A stretch of 64,000 nucleotides of DNA, from assembly GCA_963717525.1 (NCBI GenBank), contig OY970343.1, positions 2,080,001 to 2,144,000 on the forward strand. Reading direction: 5' to 3'. Within the stretch, counting starts at the first letter, position 1, and every line of letters begins with the position of its first letter. The translations under genes and the position numbers were made by a program. The DNA comes from an uncultured Methanoregulaceae archaeon. Lineage in GTDB: Archaea > Halobacteriota > Methanomicrobia > Methanomicrobiales > Methanospirillaceae. Shown here piece after piece: positions 9,484 to 20,563 of the stretch. The notes beneath the pieces are model-generated. The model saw only the letters and a program-made list of their open reading frames with translations. It did no database searches and was not told the DNA's origin.

Positions 9484-11415
9484 TGAACGTCCGGCATTCC
9501 CTCCAGAAATGGCTGCTGCGAGATCCAATCCGGTACCATGGCATCCACGCCGATCTTGTCTCGTCCCGGTCCGGCCTTACACTCGAACAGTACCTCTGGA
9601 AGTCCATCAGGATATCGATTGTATCCGGCATCCTCTTTGCGATTCTCGGGTACATGGTCAGTGAGTTTTTTGCCCAGGAGGTCCGGTCCGGGAAAGGTGT
9701 CTATAATGTCCTCAACCTCCAGCTGCCCGGGAGTCTCACCCTCCTTTCCAGTCCGACAGTGGTGGTCTCGGCGAGCGTTGTCGTCTCGTTTGCCGTGGGG
9801 GCGTACATCACCTTCCTTCTTCTGCTCCGGCTCCCCCGCATCGAGAAGAATAACCGGAGCGTTAAGATCAACCTGACGCTGCACAACGCAGTCGCCTACA
9901 TGTACGCGATGCGCCGGGGCGGGGCGGAGCTGATGACAATCTTTTATGCCATCTCCGAGAACGCTCCTATCTATGGCGAGGTCGCGCTCGAGTTCCGGCA
10001 GATCACCCGGGATGTCGACTATTTCGGATCCGACGTCCTCACTGCCATCCGGCACCTCTCCGAGACGACACCATCGTCAAAGCTCAAGGATTTCCTTGAA
10101 GACCTCCTCTCCGTTATCGGGGGCGGGGGAGATCTCTCGGAATTCCTTGCAAGCCGGGTGAGGCTGTACCAGGAAGAGGCACGCTTCGAACAGAAACAGT
10201 TTTTAACTATTCTCTCCATGGTGGCGGAGTCGTACGTCACTCTCTTTGTCGCCGGCCCGCTGTTCTTGATCATCATCATGGTAGTTATGGGCATGCTGGG
10301 CGGTTCGGCAGTCCTCCAGCTCTCGCTGGTTATCTATGCGATCATGCCTATCGGGTCGCTGATCTTTATCCTGCTCATCGATCTCATCTCCGGGGAGAGC
10401 GGAGAAGGCCGAGCGGTTTGTCCGGGCAAAGGAGCTCAACACCTACGCAGACGTCCAGCGGATCAAAAAGACCGGGGAAAAACCGCTCTTTGACCAGCTC
10501 GGGAAGTACGACAAGATACGGACGCTGACCAATTACATCAGCCACCCATTCGAGAGTTTTGTCAACGATGTCAACCACACCCTCTATATCACCGTCCCGG
10601 TGGCGATCATCTATCTCATACTGGTTATCGAAAACATCCCCTACTATGCAGACCCGGAACTCTTCATCGAAGTGATCAACGCCCATATCGTCATTGCCCT
10701 CCTGATCGTCCTTGTCCCCTACGCGATCTTCTACGAGATCTGGGCCCGGAAGGTCAAGGGGATCCAGGTCATGATCCCGGACTTCCTGGAACGGATGGCC
10801 GGCATCAACCGTGTCGGCCTGACGATCGCGCAGGCCATCGGGATCATGGTCAACACCAACCTCGGCCTCCTCAGCTACGAGATCCGGCGAATTAAGCGGG
10901 ATATGGACTGGGGGGCGAATTTCTCCGAGGCGCTAATGCGTTTTGAACAGCGGATCAGCACGGCGTCCATCGCCCGGACAGTGACGCTGATCACAAAGGC
11001 AAGCGAGATGAGCGGACAGATCGGGGAGGTGCTCGCCATTGCTGCAAGCGATGCAAAGATGAGCGAAACCCTCAAGAAGGAGCGCCTCGCCGAGATGTTT
11101 ATCTATACTGCGATCGTCTACCTCTCGTTCTTCGTCTTCCTCTTTGTCGTCGCCGTGCTTACTACCCAGTTCCTGCCGGTACTTGCCCACATCGGGACAA
11201 CCGGGATCTCCGGGGCCGGCCCACTCTCCGGGATCGGTTCAGTGCCGGTCAAGGCATTTGACCGGCTCCTCTACCATGCCTGCCTGATCCAGGCGCTCTT
11301 CTCGGGCCTGATCGCCGGCCAGATGGGGGAGGCCTCACTTGCTGCCGGGGTCAAGCACTCCTGTATCCTTTTGATCATCGCCCTTGTCACATTCAGTTTC
11401 ATCATCGTCATCTGA
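9483..11415 (+). CDS. Type IV pilus platform membrane protein (TadC/PilC/FlaJ-like, two T2SSF domains), one frameshift near 10392-10402
   Basis: ORFs 9483-10493 and 10600-11415 join if one base is removed at ccggggagagcgg. The second frame is open from about 10403 (EKAERFVRAKELNTY...). Confidence 0.88.
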
Positions 11416-11524
11416 CTGCACCGGATCCGGCTTCCCGTTCATGCACCCGCGAAAGACTCTTCCGGCGGGCGTAAACAAACATAAATAAGAGAATGGGGAG
11501 ATAGGGTAGTGAGGTGATTGGTGC

Positions 11525-11680
11525 ATGTGTAGTGTTGGCGGACCAACGGATATCGATCTCCCTCCTGACCGGGTCACGACAAAAGATTACCGGTGCAAGG
11601 AATGCGGCGAACGGTTCAAGGGGATCGGCAAACGGCCCATGTGTCCCTCCTGCCAGTCCGAAGATGTAACCGAGCTATGA
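11525..11680 (+). CDS. 51-aa zinc-ribbon micro-protein (not in ORF track)
   Basis: MCSVGGPTDIDLPPDRVTTKDYRCKECGERFKGIGKRPMCPSCQSEDVTEL has CxxC...CPxC. SD GAGGTGA at 11511-11517, TATA-like ATAAATAA at 11481, ATGA overlap with the next gene. Confidence 0.85.
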   Translation: MCSVGGPTDIDLPPDRVTTKDYRCKECGERFKGIGKRPMCPSCQSEDVTEL

Positions 11681-12141
11681 ACGATTCCGCCTGCGACGAC
11701 GTCCTGCTCGTGAAAGGCGCCCACTCTTTTCTCCTTGTTGCACCGGTCAGCGAGGATTTTCCGCTGTGTATTGAAGCGAGTCTCGAAGAATATATCCAGG
11801 GAGTCCATGCCGGCGACGTGGTAGTGGTATCCGCCCCCGGGGGTGGCCCGGTCGAACCTGCCCTGATGCTCCTTGCGCTGGTCAGGACATATCACCTTCC
11901 GCTTATCGTCCTTCCCCGCAACCACCCGGGATCAAAACGGATCCCCTACGTGGTCTCGGTAGCCCCTGAAATCCAGACCAGCTGCTCGATCGTGCGGGGG
12001 ACGCACCCGGAGCAGCACCTTGTCTGTTCATCCGATGAACTTGCCGGCCTGACTATCCGCATGACCCGGGACGGCATAACGATCGCGCCGCTTCCAGCAA
12101 CGCTCACGCTGGAACGGCTCCACCCGGGCATGAGCTGCTGA
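11677..12141 (+). CDS. Hypothetical protein (154 aa) with a C-terminal His/Cys motif
   Basis: ATG overlaps the micro-protein stop. Globular alpha/beta-like composition, motif CSIVRGTHPEQHLVC. Confidence 0.75.
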   Translation: MNDSACDDVLLVKGAHSFLLVAPVSEDFPLCIEASLEEYIQGVHAGDVVVVSAPGGGPVEPALMLLALVRTYHLPLIVLPRNHPGSKRIPYVVSVAPEIQTSCSIVRGTHPEQHLVCSSDELAGLTIRMTRDGITIAPLPATLTLERLHPGMSC

Positions 12142-12263
12142 TTTTCCTTCTGGCACTTTTTCCCGGAGTGTTTCTCCTCTTAAAAACAGACATGAGAACG
12201 TAAATAACAATACATATATTGTGATTTTCACCAAGTATTGTACTGCCGTGAGTGGAGGGTTGG

Positions 12264-12594
12264 ATGAAAACTGAGGTCCTAAACGACATCAAGAAAACTG
12301 AAGTCTGAGTATCAGTCGATGATCAGTACGGCGCAGGAAGAAAAGAAGAAACGACATGCCCATGCCGAGCTGGAAGCTGATAACCTGATAAACAAGGCGC
12401 AGAGCAATGCTGAACAATACAAGAAGCTGAAACTGGAAGAAGCACGGCACCAGGCAGCACAAAAGCACACTGAAATCCTCAAAGAAGGCAATCAGCGTTC
12501 AGCGGCATTGAAAGAGAAGGGCACAAAGAACCTCTCAAAGGCAGTGCAGCTGCTGGTATCGCGGTTTAAGGAGCAGCTGCATGTTAACGGCTAA
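12264..12594 (+). CDS. atpH: A-type ATP synthase subunit H, frameshift near 12303
   Basis: ATG 12264 after GGAGGG gives MKTEVLNDIKKTE. The +1 frame continues EYQSMISTAQEEKK as a charged coiled coil. First gene of the operon. Confidence 0.85.
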
Positions 12595-14551
12595 ACCGAT
12601 GAGCCGTGTGCTCATCGTCGCCTCGCGTGACCAGGCGGTACCTATCATACAGGAACTGTACCGCGGCAACCTGTTCCATATTGAAGACTACGTGGAGCAG
12701 GGTCGCGAGGGATACGAGGGTTTTAAGATCGGTACGCCGCTTGAAGGGGCTACGGAGGCATCCACCGAGCTTATCAAGGTCAGGGCCATCGAGAATGTCT
12801 TTGCCATCCGTGGCGAGGACATCGAGGCAAAAGAAAAACTGGGCCTGCCTCAGATCCGTTCGCAGATCGAAAAAGATCTCCCCGGCATCGAAAAAGAGGT
12901 CGAGGAACTGGCAGGCGCACGCTCGAAACTTGACTCGAAGGTGAAGGAGTACGAGCAGAAAATTGCTGAACTCACACCGTTTTTAGAGATCCCGGTGGAT
13001 CTTGCACTCCTGAAGGGGTTCCGGCATTTCTCTGTCCTCGCCGGTTACGTGAACCGCAACGTGTCCCTTACTGTCCCGCACGAGATGCAGGTGGTAAAGG
13101 GCAAGGACCGGTCGTTTGTGCTCGCAATTGTCCCGGAGAAGAACCGGGCCGAGGCAGAAAGGCTCCTTCAGGATGCGCAGTTCCAGGCAGTCACCATCCC
13201 GGAAGAGAACGGTACTGCCCCGGCACGCACCGCGTATTATACGGAGCAGATCGCAGCGCTGAAAAAAGATATTGATGCGATCAACATAAAACTCGCGGCG
13301 ATCAAGGAGTCCCATACCGGCCTCCTGGTTGCATGTGAGGAAGCGTTCCGGGCAAAGATCGAGCAGGCCGAGGCCCCCTTACGATTTGCCACGACCTCTA
13401 AGGTATTTGTGGCAGAGGGCTGGGTTCCGGCTGACCGCACCAAAGGCGTCAGCGAGGCACTGGACAAGGCGACCGGCGGGAAGGTCTTTGTCACCGAACT
13501 CCCCGTCGACCCGGTGCATGATGCGGTCCCGGTGGAGTACAACAACCCGTCGTTTGCAAAGCCCGCACAGATGCTCATGGATATTTACTCCCGCCCGATG
13601 TACACGGAAGTAGACCCGACGCTGATGCTGGCCATCGTGTTCCCGATCTTCTTCGGGCTCATCCTCGGGGATGTCGGGTACGGCATTCTGCTCCTTATCA
13701 TGTGCTTTGCGCTTCGCAGGGTGCTCAAGGGTGACGATGCCCGCGAATTTCTTGTGGTGCTCAGGAATGCAAGTATATCGAGCATCATCTTTGGTATCCT
13801 GTTCAGCGAATTTTTAGGATTCGAACTGCCCTGGGCACCGATCATCTTCAGCCGGCACCTCAACATCGGGGGAACGGAGGCGGCCGGGCAGGGACCTGCC
13901 ATTGCCGAACTGATGGTTCTTGCCATCTGGATTGGAATCCTGCATATCACGCTCGGGCGGGCGCTGGGCATGATCAACCATGCACGCCAGGATCACGGGG
14001 CACACCGGGTCAAGGCTGTCCTTGCAAACCTCGGATGGATCACCGTTATGTGGGGTATCCTCATTGGCATCTGGTCAATGTTTGCGCTTCCCTTAATGCC
14101 GGACCTGAGCAAGCTTCCCGTTGTTGCAGGGCTTCCAGCCGGTCTTGTTGTCGCCGCCGTCCTTATCGTGATGGGTATCCTCTTCATCGTACGGGACGCG
14201 GTTCTTGAGATCGTCGAACTCCCGACCATTATTTCGCACGTGCTGTCATATGCACGTCTGGTGGCTGTCGGCCTTTCATCCGTGGCCATCGCGATGGTCG
14301 TCAACTACATGTCCATCGGGATGTTCATCGGCCCCGGACTGAAAAATCTCTCGATTCTTGGAATTGTTCTCATTATTGTCGGTGTCATGGTCTTTTTAAT
14401 CGGACATGCGTTCAATCTGGCACTGGGTATTCTGGGTGGCGGACTCCACTCAATCAGGTTACACTACGTCGAATTCTTCACCAAATTCTATAAAGGTGGA
14501 GGCAGGAAGTATATTCCCTTTGGAATGAAACGAAGATTTACGGAGGATTAG
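12581..14551 (+). CDS. atpI: A-type ATP synthase subunit I (a)
   Basis: LGDVGYG, SHVLSYARL (essential Arg), RLHYVEFFTKFYKGGG. Confidence 0.96.
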   Translation: MLTAKPMSRVLIVASRDQAVPIIQELYRGNLFHIEDYVEQGREGYEGFKIGTPLEGATEASTELIKVRAIENVFAIRGEDIEAKEKLGLPQIRSQIEKDLPGIEKEVEELAGARSKLDSKVKEYEQKIAELTPFLEIPVDLALLKGFRHFSVLAGYVNRNVSLTVPHEMQVVKGKDRSFVLAIVPEKNRAEAERLLQDAQFQAVTIPEENGTAPARTAYYTEQIAALKKDIDAINIKLAAIKESHTGLLVACEEAFRAKIEQAEAPLRFATTSKVFVAEGWVPADRTKGVSEALDKATGGKVFVTELPVDPVHDAVPVEYNNPSFAKPAQMLMDIYSRPMYTEVDPTLMLAIVFPIFFGLILGDVGYGILLLIMCFALRRVLKGDDAREFLVVLRNASISSIIFGILFSEFLGFELPWAPIIFSRHLNIGGTEAAGQGPAIAELMVLAIWIGILHITLGRALGMINHARQDHGAHRVKAVLANLGWITVMWGILIGIWSMFALPLMPDLSKLPVVAGLPAGLVVAAVLIVMGILFIVRDAVLEIVELPTIISHVLSYARLVAVGLSSVAIAMVVNYMSIGMFIGPGLKNLSILGIVLIIVGVMVFLIGHAFNLALGILGGGLHSIRLHYVEFFTKFYKGGGRKYIPFGMKRRFTED

Positions 14552-14554
14552 ATT

Positions 14555-14803
14555 ATGGCAGACGTTAACATGACTCTTGATATGGTACAGGCATCGCAGG
14601 TTGGAATGAAGGCAATCGGAGCCGCTCTTGCTGTTGGTCTCACCGGTCTTGGTACCGGTGTCGCCGAGATGGGCATAGGGGCTGCCGCTGTCGGCGCAAG
14701 CGCGGAGAACAAGGACTTTTTCGGTCTGGGCCTGCTCTTTACGGTCATTCCTGAAACCATCGTCATCTTCGGTCTTGTCATTGCACTTCTGCTCCTGTTC
14801 TAA
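14555..14803 (+). CDS. atpK: A-type ATP synthase proteolipid subunit K (c), single hairpin
   Basis: 82 aa Gly/Ala-rich hairpin with IPETIVIFG (ion-binding Glu). Confidence 0.95.
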   Translation: MADVNMTLDMVQASQVGMKAIGAALAVGLTGLGTGVAEMGIGAAAVGASAENKDFFGLGLLFTVIPETIVIFGLVIALLLLF

Positions 14804-14814
14804 AGAGGCAGACA

Positions 14815-15391
14815 ATGGGACTGGAAGCAGGTACTGGAAGAGATCAGGGAAAAAGGCAAAAAGGAAGCGGATGCGATCCGTGCCGAGTCCACTGCGGACT
14901 CTGATCGGATCCTTGCAGAAGCAAACCGGAAAGTTGGCGGGATCAAGACAGAAGCCGAGGAGGCATCAGCAAAACAGGCGTCCCGGATGATCGCCCAGGA
15001 GATCTCGGCGGCAAACCTCCTTGTCAAGCGCGAAATCCTCAACACGCAGAAAGGGCTCCTTGATGATGTGTACGAGGGCACCCGGAAAGAAATTGCCAAA
15101 CTCCCTGAGAGCTTCCATCGCGAAGCCATCAAAAAACTCCTTACAGAAGCAAAAAAGGAGATCCCCCGGGGCAGTATCCACTGTAACGCACGTGATGTAG
15201 GGGCAGCAAAAGTTGTCCTTGCCGAGAAGGAATTCTCCGGCTATACCTTGGGCGAACCAGTCGATATCGACGGCGGGATCCTGATCGAAGGCGAAGGAGG
15301 CGAGCTGCAGATCGATTACAGCTACCGCACCTTCATGAACAAAGTATGGGAATCCGGGCTCAAGGATGCATCTGATCTCCTCTTCGGATAG
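14815..15391 (+). CDS. atpE: A-type ATP synthase subunit E, frameshift at 14830-14831
   Basis: ATG 14815 gives MGLEA. Removing one G gives VLEEIREKGKKEA..., in frame with ORF 14987-15391 (DGGILIE, IDYSY). Confidence 0.92.
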
Positions 15392-15403
15392 GGCGGTACA
15401 GGT

Positions 15404-16459
15404 ATGGCAGGGATGAAAGGCATTTCAGCGCCCACTATCTACGTCTGTACCAGGATGCGGGTGAGGAAGTCAAAGCTTCTGCCCCGCGAAGAGTACCAGC
15501 GAATGCTCAACATGAGCCTTCCCGAGATTACCCGTATCATCGAAGAGACATCCTATAAGCAGGAGATCGACGAGCTGAGCACTACCTTTAAGGGGATCGA
15601 CCTCATTGAGGTGGCCTTAAGCTGGAACCTTGCAAAGGAGTACCAGCAGATCCAGGAGATCACGCCGGGAACCCTCAAGCAGTTCACCCGGGCGTACCTC
15701 CGTTACTGGGATATCCAGAACGTGCTCACCATCCTCCGCGGCAAGTCGCAGGGGGAGAAAGCTGGCAGGATAAAGGAAGTCCTTGTTCCGGCAGGGAGCC
15801 TTGACAAGGTCGTGCTCGACCGGCTCCTTGCCGAGGACAACCCGGACCGTGTCATCGAGGCCCTCAAGGGGCGCCGGCTCTACCCGGTGCTCGCCCGCGA
15901 GTACCAGGTAGCAAAAGAGACCGGTTCGTTTGCCCGGATGGAGAATGAGCTGTACAAGCAGTTCTACGCGGAGATCATCGCGGAATCCAGTGGCGGGGTT
16001 CCCGGGGGCCGGCTGTTCCTTGCCTTCGTCCGGCTGGATATCGACAGTAAAAACATCCTGACGCTCTTCCGGTTGCGGGCCGACAAGACCCAGGAAGATG
16101 CAAAGGAGATGTATATCACCGGCGGAACGATCACCGCGGCAGATTTTGCTGCGTTGAACACGATCCAGGACTACCGGGAGTTTACCGACCAGCTCAGGGC
16201 AAAGGTCCGGACCAAACCGGTGGTTGAACTCTTAAAAGGTCTGGAGACGGAACAGCCGGTTCATGATATTGCATCGCTTCTTGTGCGGGTGCAGATGGAA
16301 CAGATGGAGACACTCTCCAAGCGTAACCCCTTCTCCATCTACCCGATTCTCGTGTATCTCGAGAAGAAGAAGTATGAAGTGTTCAACCTCCGGGCACTGG
16401 CACGGGGGAAGGAATCCAAGCTCTCCCCGGAGATGATCGGGAAATACCTGGTGATGTAA
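15404..16459 (+). CDS. atpC: A-type ATP synthase subunit C
   Basis: [35 protein letters not shown], and operon position. Confidence 0.94.
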   Translation: MAGMKGISAPTIYVCTRMRVRKSKLLPREEYQRMLNMSLPEITRIIEETSYKQEIDELSTTFKGIDLIEVALSWNLAKEYQQIQEITPGTLKQFTRAYLRYWDIQNVLTILRGKSQGEKAGRIKEVLVPAGSLDKVVLDRLLAEDNPDRVIEALKGRRLYPVLAREYQVAKETGSFARMENELYKQFYAEIIAESSGGVPGGRLFLAFVRLDIDSKNILTLFRLRADKTQEDAKEMYITGGTITAADFAALNTIQDYREFTDQLRAKVRTKPVVELLKGLETEQPVHDIASLLVRVQMEQMETLSKRNPFSIYPILVYLEKKKYEVFNLRALARGKESKLSPEMIGKYLVM

Positions 16460-16460
16460 C

Positions 16461-16763
16461 ATGGAGATTGCAGTCATCGGCAACAGCGAGTTCATTCTCG
16501 GGTTCCGCCTTGCGGGCATCCGCAAGACCTATGCAGCGGAAAACGACGAGAAGCTCAACGAGTGCATCGCCAGCGTCCTTGCGGACGGACAGGTGGGAAT
16601 CCTGGTATTAAACAGCAGCGACATGGAAAGGCTTCCGCGCCGGCTCCGCGCTACGCTTGATAATTCCGTCAAGCCGACGGTGATTGCTCTCGGCGGCGAA
16701 GAAGGGGGGCTGTCCATGAGAGAGAAAATCAAGAGATCGGTGGGTGTTGATCTGTGGAAATGA
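16461..16763 (+). CDS. atpF: A-type ATP synthase subunit F
   Basis: [18 protein letters not shown] and [11 protein letters not shown]. Confidence 0.96.
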   Translation: MEIAVIGNSEFILGFRLAGIRKTYAAENDEKLNECIASVLADGQVGILVLNSSDMERLPRRLRATLDNSVKPTVIALGGEEGGLSMREKIKRSVGVDLWK

Positions 16764-18520
16764 AGAGTGAAAAAACCAAAGAGGCAAAACAGGGCGTTCT
16801 CAAAAGGATCGCCGGCCCCGTAGTTACGGCAGTCAATCTTGACGCCCACATGTACGATGTGGTCAAGGTCGGAAAGGAAGCGCTGATGGGTGAGGTCATC
16901 AAGATCCAGGGCGAGAATACCATTATCCAGGTATACGAGGACACTTCGGGTATCAGGCCCGGCGAGCCGGTCGTCAACACGGGGCTCTCGCTCGCAGTTG
17001 AGCTCGGCCCCGGGCTCCTCACCAGTATCTATGATGGTATCCAGCGCCCGCTCTCTGTCCTTGTGGAGAAGATGGGAAATTTCATCGAGCGCGGTGTCAC
17101 TGCGCCGGGTCTTTCCCATGAGAAGAAGTGGACATTCAAGCCGCTTGTAAAGACCGGCGACAAGGTTGAACCGGGCGCGATCCTCGGCGAAGTGCAGGAG
17201 ACCAACATCGTCCACAGGGTTATGCTCCCGCCCAACGCGAAGGCAGGCGTGGTAAAGACCATCAGGAGCGGTGACTTCACCGTTGACGAGATCATCTGCA
17301 TTCTCGACGACGGCCGCGAGTACCCGATGATCCAGCGCTGGCCGGTTCGTGTTCCCCGCCCTGTCAGAGAGAAGAAGAACCCGACGATCCCGCTGATCAC
17401 CGGTCAACGTATTCTCGACGGCCTCTTCCCCATTGCAAAGGGTGGCACTGCCGCAATTCCCGGTCCGTTCGGGAGCGGCAAGACGGTCACCCAGCAGCAG
17501 CTGGCCAAATGGTCGGATGCCGAGATCGTGGTCTATATCGGTTGCGGTGAACGCGGCAATGAGATGACCGAAGTGCTCACCGAGTTCCCGCACCTCGAGG
17601 ACCCGAAGTCGGGTAAACCCCTCATGGAGCGGACGGTGCTCATCGCGAACACCTCGAACATGCCGGTGGCAGCCCGTGAAGCATCGGTCTATACCGGTAT
17701 CACGATCGCCGAGTATTTCCGTGATATGGGCTACGATGTCTCCCTGATGGCAGACTCGACCTCCCGCTGGGCAGAAGCCATGCGTGAGATCTCCAGCCGT
17801 CTTGAAGAGATGCCCGGCGAAGAAGGGTACCCGGCGTACCTTGCAGCCCGGCTCTCCGAATTCTACGAGCGTGCCGGTCTTGTTGAGACCCTGAACGGAG
17901 CATCCGGGTCGGTCTCGGTTATCGGGGCCGTATCTCCGCCCGGCGGTGACTTCTCGGAACCGGTTACCCAGAATACCCTGCGTATCGTCAAAGTCTTCTG
18001 GGCACTGGACGCAAAGCTCTCCCAGCGCCGGCACTTCCCGGCGATCAACTGGCTCAACTCGTATTCCCTGTACCTGGAATCCCTCCACGACTGGTACGAT
18101 AAGGAGGTTTCCCCTGACTGGAACAAACTCAGGTCATGGGCCATGGAAGTCCTCCAGAAAGAGGCAGAACTGCAGGAGATCGTGCAGCTCGTTGGATCCG
18201 ATGCCCTGCCGGAATCAGAACAGGTGACCATCGAAGTCGCCCGTATGATCCGTGAGATCTTCCTCCAGCAGAATGCCTACGACGCGGTTGACACCTTCTG
18301 CGACATGAAAAAGCAGTACGACATGATGAAGGCGATCAAGCTCTTCGCGGAGCTTGCCTACTCTGCCCAGATCGCCGGTGTCAGCCCGGCGCAGATCAAC
18401 GGTGTAAAGTCCAAGAACGAGCTGCCCCAGATCAAGTTCATTAAGGACTACAAGCCGGAACTCGCGAAGATCGAGAAGGATATGGACGCTGAGTTCAACA
18501 CACTGAGGTCGGCATCATGA
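16754..18520 (+). CDS. atpA: A-type ATP synthase catalytic subunit A
   Basis: P-loop [27 protein letters not shown]. Length leaves no room for an intein. Start is GTG 16754 or ATG 16760. Confidence 0.98.
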   Translation: MEMKSEKTKEAKQGVLKRIAGPVVTAVNLDAHMYDVVKVGKEALMGEVIKIQGENTIIQVYEDTSGIRPGEPVVNTGLSLAVELGPGLLTSIYDGIQRPLSVLVEKMGNFIERGVTAPGLSHEKKWTFKPLVKTGDKVEPGAILGEVQETNIVHRVMLPPNAKAGVVKTIRSGDFTVDEIICILDDGREYPMIQRWPVRVPRPVREKKNPTIPLITGQRILDGLFPIAKGGTAAIPGPFGSGKTVTQQQLAKWSDAEIVVYIGCGERGNEMTEVLTEFPHLEDPKSGKPLMERTVLIANTSNMPVAAREASVYTGITIAEYFRDMGYDVSLMADSTSRWAEAMREISSRLEEMPGEEGYPAYLAARLSEFYERAGLVETLNGASGSVSVIGAVSPPGGDFSEPVTQNTLRIVKVFWALDAKLSQRRHFPAINWLNSYSLYLESLHDWYDKEVSPDWNKLRSWAMEVLQKEAELQEIVQLVGSDALPESEQVTIEVARMIREIFLQQNAYDAVDTFCDMKKQYDMMKAIKLFAELAYSAQIAGVSPAQINGVKSKNELPQIKFIKDYKPELAKIEKDMDAEFNTLRSAS

Positions 18521-19905
18521 AGGAATACAGGACGATCACAAAGATTGCCGGTCCTCTCGTTTTCGTCGAGAAGACCGAGCCGATTGCCTACGGCGAACTC
18601 GTCAACATTGTCCTTTTCGATGGCACCACCAAGCGCGGCCAGGTACTGGACACGAGTGACGAACTGGTCGTTGTCCAGATCTTCGAGACCACCACCGGTA
18701 TCGGCAGGGACAGCGGCGTCCGGTTCACCGGCGAGACCATCAAGATGCCGGTGGGCAGGGAGATGCTTGGCCGTATCCTCTCAGGTGGCGGTAAGCCTAT
18801 CGATGGTGGCCCGGAGATTGTCCCGGAGAAACGCCTCGACATCACCGGCGCTGCGATCAACCCGTACGCCCGGGGCATGCCGGCCGATTTCATCCAGACC
18901 GGCGTCTCCACCATAGACGGCACCAACACCCTTGTCCGTGGCCAGAAGCTCCCGATCTTCTCGGGTGCAGGTCTCCCGCACAACAACGTGGCGCTGCAGA
19001 TCGCCCGGCAGGCAAAAGTACCCGGCTCGACCGAAAGTTTTGCTGTGGTCTTTGCCGCGATGGGGATCACCAAGGAAGAAGCGAACTACTTCATGCAGGA
19101 CTTCGAGCGCACGGGAGCTCTCGAACGCGCCGTCGTCTTCCTCAACCTTGCGGATGATCCAGCCGTCGAGCGTATCATTACTCCGCGGCTCGCTCTCACG
19201 ACTGCAGAGTACCTCGCCTTCGAGCTGGGTATGCATGTGCTTGTCATCCTCACGGATATGACGAACTACTGTGAAGCGCTCCGCCAGATTGGTGCCGCCC
19301 GTGAAGAAGTTCCAGGACGCCGTGGCTATCCCGGGTACATGTACACGGATCTCGCCTGTATCTACGAGCGTGCCGGTATGATCAAGGGCCAGAAGGGTTC
19401 GGTCACCCAGATCCCAATCCTGACCATGCCCGGTGACGATATCACCCACCCGATCCCTGACCTTACAGGATACATTACTGAAGGCCAGATCGTGGTCAAC
19501 CGTGATCTGCACCGCAAAGGTATCTACCCGCCCATCAACGTACTGCCCTCACTCTCCCGGCTGATGAACCTCGGTATCGGTAAGGGACACACCCGTGAAG
19601 ACCACAAGAAGGTCTCCGACCAGATGTATGCAGGGTACGCGGAAGGAAACGATCTCCGCGGCCTCGTTGCAATTGTCGGTAAGGACGCCCTTTCCGAGCG
19701 TGACCGGCTGCTGTTGGAGTTCGCTGACCTCTTCGAGAACCGTTTTGTCCGGCAGGGCTATGACGAAGACCGCACCATCGAGGACACCTTAAACCTCGGC
19801 TGGGACCTCCTCGCGACGCTGCCGGTCGAACAGCTCACCCGTATTGACCGCGATCTGATCAACAAGTACCACCCGAAGCTCAAGGCCGGTGCAAAGAAGG
19901 AGTAA
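18517..19905 (+). CDS. atpB: A-type ATP synthase subunit B
   Basis: [40 protein letters not shown]. Confidence 0.98.
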   Translation: MKEYRTITKIAGPLVFVEKTEPIAYGELVNIVLFDGTTKRGQVLDTSDELVVVQIFETTTGIGRDSGVRFTGETIKMPVGREMLGRILSGGGKPIDGGPEIVPEKRLDITGAAINPYARGMPADFIQTGVSTIDGTNTLVRGQKLPIFSGAGLPHNNVALQIARQAKVPGSTESFAVVFAAMGITKEEANYFMQDFERTGALERAVVFLNLADDPAVERIITPRLALTTAEYLAFELGMHVLVILTDMTNYCEALRQIGAAREEVPGRRGYPGYMYTDLACIYERAGMIKGQKGSVTQIPILTMPGDDITHPIPDLTGYITEGQIVVNRDLHRKGIYPPINVLPSLSRLMNLGIGKGHTREDHKKVSDQMYAGYAEGNDLRGLVAIVGKDALSERDRLLLEFADLFENRFVRQGYDEDRTIEDTLNLGWDLLATLPVEQLTRIDRDLINKYHPKLKAGAKKE

Positions 19906-19914
19906 GGGGTATCC

Positions 19915-20544
19915 ATGGCGCTGCGCGATATCAAGCCAACCCGTTCCGAACTGATCAACCTCAAAAGGAAGATCCAGCTTTCTGAACGTGGTTATAAGAT
20001 CCTCAAGATGAAGCGCGATGGACTGATCTTAGAATTTTTCAGGATCCTTTCCGAGGCAAAGGACAGCCGCGGGGAGCTCCTGAAAAAGTACAAGCTGGCC
20101 GTTGACATGATGGCAGTGGCAAACACGGTTGAAGGAGCAATCGGTGTCAAGGCCGCTGCCCTTTCGGTCAAAGAGGTGCCGCAGATCACACTCAGGAGCA
20201 AGAACATCATGGGTGTGGTCGTGCCGGAGATCGAATCCTCGAAAGTGAAAAAGACACTCACCGACCGGGGCTATGGGGTGCTCGGAACCTCCCCGGTGAT
20301 CGACGAAACGGCCTCGGCGTTCGAGGACCTTGTGGAAGCCATCATCGAAAGTGCCGAGATCGAAACCACAATGAAGCGTCTCCTTGACGAGATTGAAAAG
20401 ACCAAGCGCCGGGTCAATGCGCTCGAGTTCAAGGTCATCCCCGAACTCACCGCCGCCCGGGATTTCATCAAGATGCGCCTTGACGAGATGGAACGCGAGG
20501 AGCTTTTCCGGATGAAGAAGATCAAGGCCCGGGGCTCGGCATAA
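19915..20544 (+). CDS. atpD: A-type ATP synthase subunit D
   Basis: KPTRSELINLK, LKMKRDGL, IEKTKRRVNALEF. Confidence 0.97.
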   Translation: MALRDIKPTRSELINLKRKIQLSERGYKILKMKRDGLILEFFRILSEAKDSRGELLKKYKLAVDMMAVANTVEGAIGVKAAALSVKEVPQITLRSKNIMGVVVPEIESSKVKKTLTDRGYGVLGTSPVIDETASAFEDLVEAIIESAEIETTMKRLLDEIEKTKRRVNALEFKVIPELTAARDFIKMRLDEMEREELFRMKKIKARGSA

Positions 20545-20563
20545 CCCCGGGAGGTGTGGCAGC

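Noticed and set aside
12306..12308. In-frame TGA early in atpH as selenocysteine or read-through
   Set aside because: The protein continues in a different frame, so this is an indel rather than stop-codon recoding.
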